DNA of 64,000 nt from a virus. Location: positions 6,476-70,475 of the IMG/VR virus record IMGVR_UViG_3300027782_000078. The stretch is one strand, 5' to 3'. Below, one piece after another: positions 61,277 to 64,000 of this stretch (positions within the stretch are counted from its first letter, which is position 1; each line of letters opens with the position of its first letter). Position numbers and translations under genes: made by a program. The notes beneath the pieces were generated by a model. That model was given only the letters and a program-made list of their open reading frames with translations, was not told the origin of the DNA and made no database searches.

Positions 61277-61696
61277 TTACACCACAAGAAAGATTTCTTC
61301 AGGAGGATTTGGAAGCAATTCCGCATTGGCCTGTTGCTCGCGGATTTTTTCAGCAAGCATGTCCTCAATCTTCATGCAAAAATCCAGATGAATGTTTTCG
61401 GCAACTTCGATCACGACCGGCTTGCCCATTCCAAGTTTTCCATCCAGCAAAGGAGAGATGCGTTTGATGAACTGCATGTGAACCCTTGGGTCAGCATAGT
61501 GAACCCAGTCGGGCGATATTTTCCATGAAAAATAAGGAGAATACCACGGCAATTCAAATGCCGGAGCATCGGCGGGAACTTTGGTGTCCTTCCAGAGTTC
61601 CAGAAACTCACGTTCAATAGAACGCAAATCACATTGCTGAAAAAAAGCATGGCTCTGTGGAGCGTTGGCAAAGTCAATCGTTACCCTAAAGTACAT
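61277..61696 (-). CDS. Hypothetical protein
   Basis: GGAAGGA RBS; ATG 61696. Confidence 0.6.
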   Translation of the reverse strand: MYFRVTIDFANAPQSHAFFQQCDLRSIEREFLELWKDTKVPADAPAFELPWYSPYFSWKISPDWVHYADPRVHMQFIKRISPLLDGKLGMGKPVVIEVAENIHLDFCMKIEDMLAEKIREQQANAELLPNPPEEIFLVV

Positions 61697-61988
61697 CGTT
61701 ATTTCCTTCCGTTGGAATAAGGTCTCCGTACCCATCTGCCTTGAATGCCTTGATCAATTTGACAGCATCCCAATATGCCGTCTCGGTGATATTTTGCAGC
61801 ACCAGATCAAGATGATGATACCCTTGCCCGTACGCATCGTCATATTCGCGACGGTATCTCTCAACCGCGCGAATTGTTACTGGTATCAATCCAACAGGCC
61901 CATCCATGTAGGGCCTGTTGTCCTTGACCACGACGCCCTTGAATGTTGACCGATACGCAGCGTCTTCGTCAAAGCGATGAAAGTCCAT
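61686..61988 (-). CDS. Hypothetical protein
   Basis: AAGGAGG RBS; ATG 61988. Confidence 0.65.
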   Translation of the reverse strand: MDFHRFDEDAAYRSTFKGVVVKDNRPYMDGPVGLIPVTIRAVERYRREYDDAYGQGYHHLDLVLQNITETAYWDAVKLIKAFKADGYGDLIPTEGNNDVL

Positions 61989-62016
61989 GATCTTTGCCCT
62001 CCTTCGTGTTGCTACT

Positions 62017-62151
62017 AGTATATATCCGTTACCGTTGGCTTGCAAGATGTTGGCGGTTTCAATTCGGTTGCACCGTTATGTTCGTAACGGAATAATCGAG
62101 ACCACCGACGACGCGCATGCGTCGTCGGGGCCGGTCTCCCGGCCCCTTTTT
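62017..62151 (-). repeat. Cassette-boundary module copy 7
   Basis: TTGCAA-N17-TATACT; palindrome 62105-62128. Confidence 0.9.
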
Positions 62152-62244
62152 TCATTGCGCTAATGAAACGCCAGCCATTACGGCACCCAATCCTATTAGG
62201 GAAGAAATTGCCATGTATGCTAAAAACGCAATCAAGTATTTCAT
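62152..62244 (-). CDS. 30-aa hydrophobic peptide
   Basis: MKYLIAFLAYMAISSLIGLGAVMAGVSLAQ; AAAGGA RBS. Confidence 0.55.
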   Translation of the reverse strand: MKYLIAFLAYMAISSLIGLGAVMAGVSLAQ

Positions 62245-62261
62245 GCATTTTTCCTTTTGTG

Positions 62262-62550
62262 ATACAAGCAATCCCCTGTCGCCTGTGCTGTCAAGCGTGA
62301 TCTTCTCTCAATAAAGAAGATCCGGGCATCAACCATCCTCGCGGATGTCCGCCGCGTTGCTTGCTATCTCGCTTGTTTTTCAATACTTTCCCGTTAGGGT
62401 AAACAGCGTGTGAGATGCCTCTCAGCGGCCACACTGTTATTTATGTATCGTTGGATACCATGCACCACGAACTAGTATCGTGTCTCATGCACATGGTTTA
62501 CAATCCCAAGTCCGATATGGGCAGCACAGGCGACAGTCGATTGCCTGTGT
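62262..62550. ncRNA. Candidate structured RNA, family unrecognised
   Basis: ~30-bp imperfect closing stem enclosing at least four hairpins; no credible CDS. Confidence 0.45.
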
Positions 62551-62629
62551 GGTTGGCAGTTTTCACTGGAGTTCTGCCAACTCCAGAACGACCAAGATAT
62601 TTAGCGTCGATCCTGTAACGACGTTGCGT

Positions 62630-62971
62630 TTACGCTTCGCTAATTGGAGCGAAAATGTCGCCGGAGTGTGTAACGATCTTTCCGTCCCGATGACTGTTGA
62701 TAATGGTCTCGATAGTGTTGATGCACTCGCTCGGATTGTAGATCGGCGCGTACTGGCACACGGTGACAATGGAATTACGGTAGAGAATTACGTAGGAGCC
62801 GTCCTGTCGCGAATAGGACGCACCCGTTTGCTCTGGCTTGAGTTCTGGAGCGATGGTGATGATGCCCATATAATCCCCATCGGAGTAATTCCAGTTGAGC
62901 GAACCGTTCGTGTGGTTCTGGGTTCGCGTCCACACGGTAACTTCTGGAGCCGCCTTTTTCGGAGTTGCCAT
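62630..62971 (-). CDS. Hypothetical protein
   Basis: 113 aa; AAAGGGA RBS after the module promoter. Confidence 0.6.
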   Translation of the reverse strand: MATPKKAAPEVTVWTRTQNHTNGSLNWNYSDGDYMGIITIAPELKPEQTGASYSRQDGSYVILYRNSIVTVCQYAPIYNPSECINTIETIINSHRDGKIVTHSGDIFAPISEA

Positions 62972-63019
62972 CCGAGTTTCCCTTTCCTGTCGGGTGGCTT
63001 CACCATCCGATCTGCTATA

Positions 63020-63149
63020 AGCATATAGCCTGCACCGTCTGCATGCAAGGACTTTCTGGTTTCATTTCGGTTGCAACGATAATCGCATAATGCAATAATC
63101 TCCCACACCGACGACGCTTGCGCGTCGTCGGGGCCGGTTTCCCGACCCC
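63020..63149 (-). repeat. Cassette-boundary module copy 8
   Basis: TTGCAT-N17-TATGCT; palindrome 63108-63131. Confidence 0.88.
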
Positions 63150-63156
63150 GACCAAT

Positions 63157-63495
63157 TTACCGTTGCCTATTTGCGATGTACTCATACATCTTCATGGCGT
63201 CTGCGGTTTCCTGATCGCGAAGACGTTTGCGCTCTTCGTCTTTTTCCTTGGCGGTCTTGAACCATCCGTCCATGAAGGTCACCAATTGCGTATTGGCAAT
63301 TTCAGGGTCATCAGAAGCAATCTCGCAAAGACTTTCGTATTCGGTGATAAACTGCACTGCTTCATGATTTTCAAGAACCATTTCAATGCCTGCTTCACTA
63401 TCATCAACAATGACGTTATGCCGTGATGTGATATTGCGATAGAATAGCCCCAGTCCGCCTGTAAGAATGCTGTAGCGTTGTTTCTTCTCGGTCAT
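63157..63495 (-). CDS. Hypothetical protein
   Basis: AAGGAG RBS; ATGA overlap. Confidence 0.6.
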   Translation of the reverse strand: MTEKKQRYSILTGGLGLFYRNITSRHNVIVDDSEAGIEMVLENHEAVQFITEYESLCEIASDDPEIANTQLVTFMDGWFKTAKEKDEERKRLRDQETADAMKMYEYIANRQR

Positions 63496-63854
63496 GACAA
63501 TTGCTCCTTCGGTGGCAATAACAATTTCTGAAGCGTTGGCAGAAACAGTGGTTCGCGGTCTGGATTGAACTCCGCGTCAATTGGCGCATCACTGTCGGGC
63601 AACAGTCTCCCTGTTGTTTGTGGACTAAACTCGTAGAGACATGATGCAGGAGAAATATCAAGAATGAACATTCTGCCATTATGCCTAATGGCAAACTCTC
63701 CACTAATATGAGATATCTGTCGTGTCTTATACAGTCGTTGTGTCTTCAACGTTCTGCAATTTGCAAGAAACATCATGTAGACATTTTCGTCATGGTTGAT
63801 AGCGTTTTCCAGTAAAGCGCGAACCTTATTCTGTTTTGTCCATTCGTCACTCAT
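63492..63854 (-). CDS. Hypothetical protein
   Basis: AGGAG RBS after the module promoter. Confidence 0.6.
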   Translation of the reverse strand: MSDEWTKQNKVRALLENAINHDENVYMMFLANCRTLKTQRLYKTRQISHISGEFAIRHNGRMFILDISPASCLYEFSPQTTGRLLPDSDAPIDAEFNPDREPLFLPTLQKLLLPPKEQLS

Positions 63855-63872
63855 GACTTGCTCCTACCCTCT

Positions 63873-63991
63873 AGTATATAGACGCATGTGTCTATAAGCA
63901 AGTTACAATCCGGTTGCGGAGATAATGTCGCAATGCAGTAATCGGAAACACCGACGACGCCCCAAGCGTCGTCGGGGCGGAAAAATACCCC
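63873..63991 (-). repeat. Cassette-boundary module copy 9
   Basis: TTGCTT-N17-TATACT; palindrome 63951-63975 with 5-nt loop. Confidence 0.88.
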
Positions 63992-64000
63992 ACTGCCGGA

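Noticed and set aside
62262-62630. tmRNA, RNase P RNA or group I/II intron
   Set aside because: No tRNA-like ends, RNase P core motif or intron catalytic signatures found by eye.
56453-63426. Repeated short ORFs containing TTDDAHASSGPVSRP or MRVVGG
   Set aside because: Translations of the non-coding module; frames and starts are not conserved.
56615-63975. CRISPR array interpretation of the palindromic repeats
   Set aside because: Copies are separated by 0.7-1.1 kb of intact genes rather than 30-40 bp spacers; no cas operon, and the lone Cas4-like nuclease is a common phage gene.
54928-63991. Classical integron attC cassettes
   Set aside because: No RYYYAAC/GTTRRRY boxes or extrahelical bases are evident, each unit has its own promoter, and no IntI is in the window; kept only as an analogy.

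Overview
A 64-kb segment of a large tailed dsDNA phage (standard genetic code). Its head genes resemble those of SPO1/Twort-like (Herelleviridae-type) phages; the host is unknown. Layout: 1-17 kb minus-strand fibre/adhesin-like virion genes; 17-22.4 kb major capsid, scaffold and prohead protease; 23-28.4 kb a mostly plus-strand island with six tRNAs, a dNMP kinase and a DenV-like glycosylase; 28.4-41.4 kb class II ribonucleotide reductase, neck genes, a DUF559 nuclease and large putative internal-head proteins; 41.5-53 kb PD-(D/E)XK nuclease, SSB, MazG-like NTPase, regulators and tRNA-Leu. The most unusual part is 53.4-64 kb. Small minus-strand genes there are cut into ~0.9-kb units by at least nine full and two variant copies of a ~130-bp module (sigma70-type promoter, phased GGTTGCA boxes, rigidly spaced ARTAAT box, perfect CCGACGACGC hairpin, GC hairpin). 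The copies are mosaics of one another, which suggests a gene-cassette shuffling array. One unit holds a ~290-nt structured RNA candidate ahead of a 30-aa membrane peptide. All calls were made by eye, without database searches.
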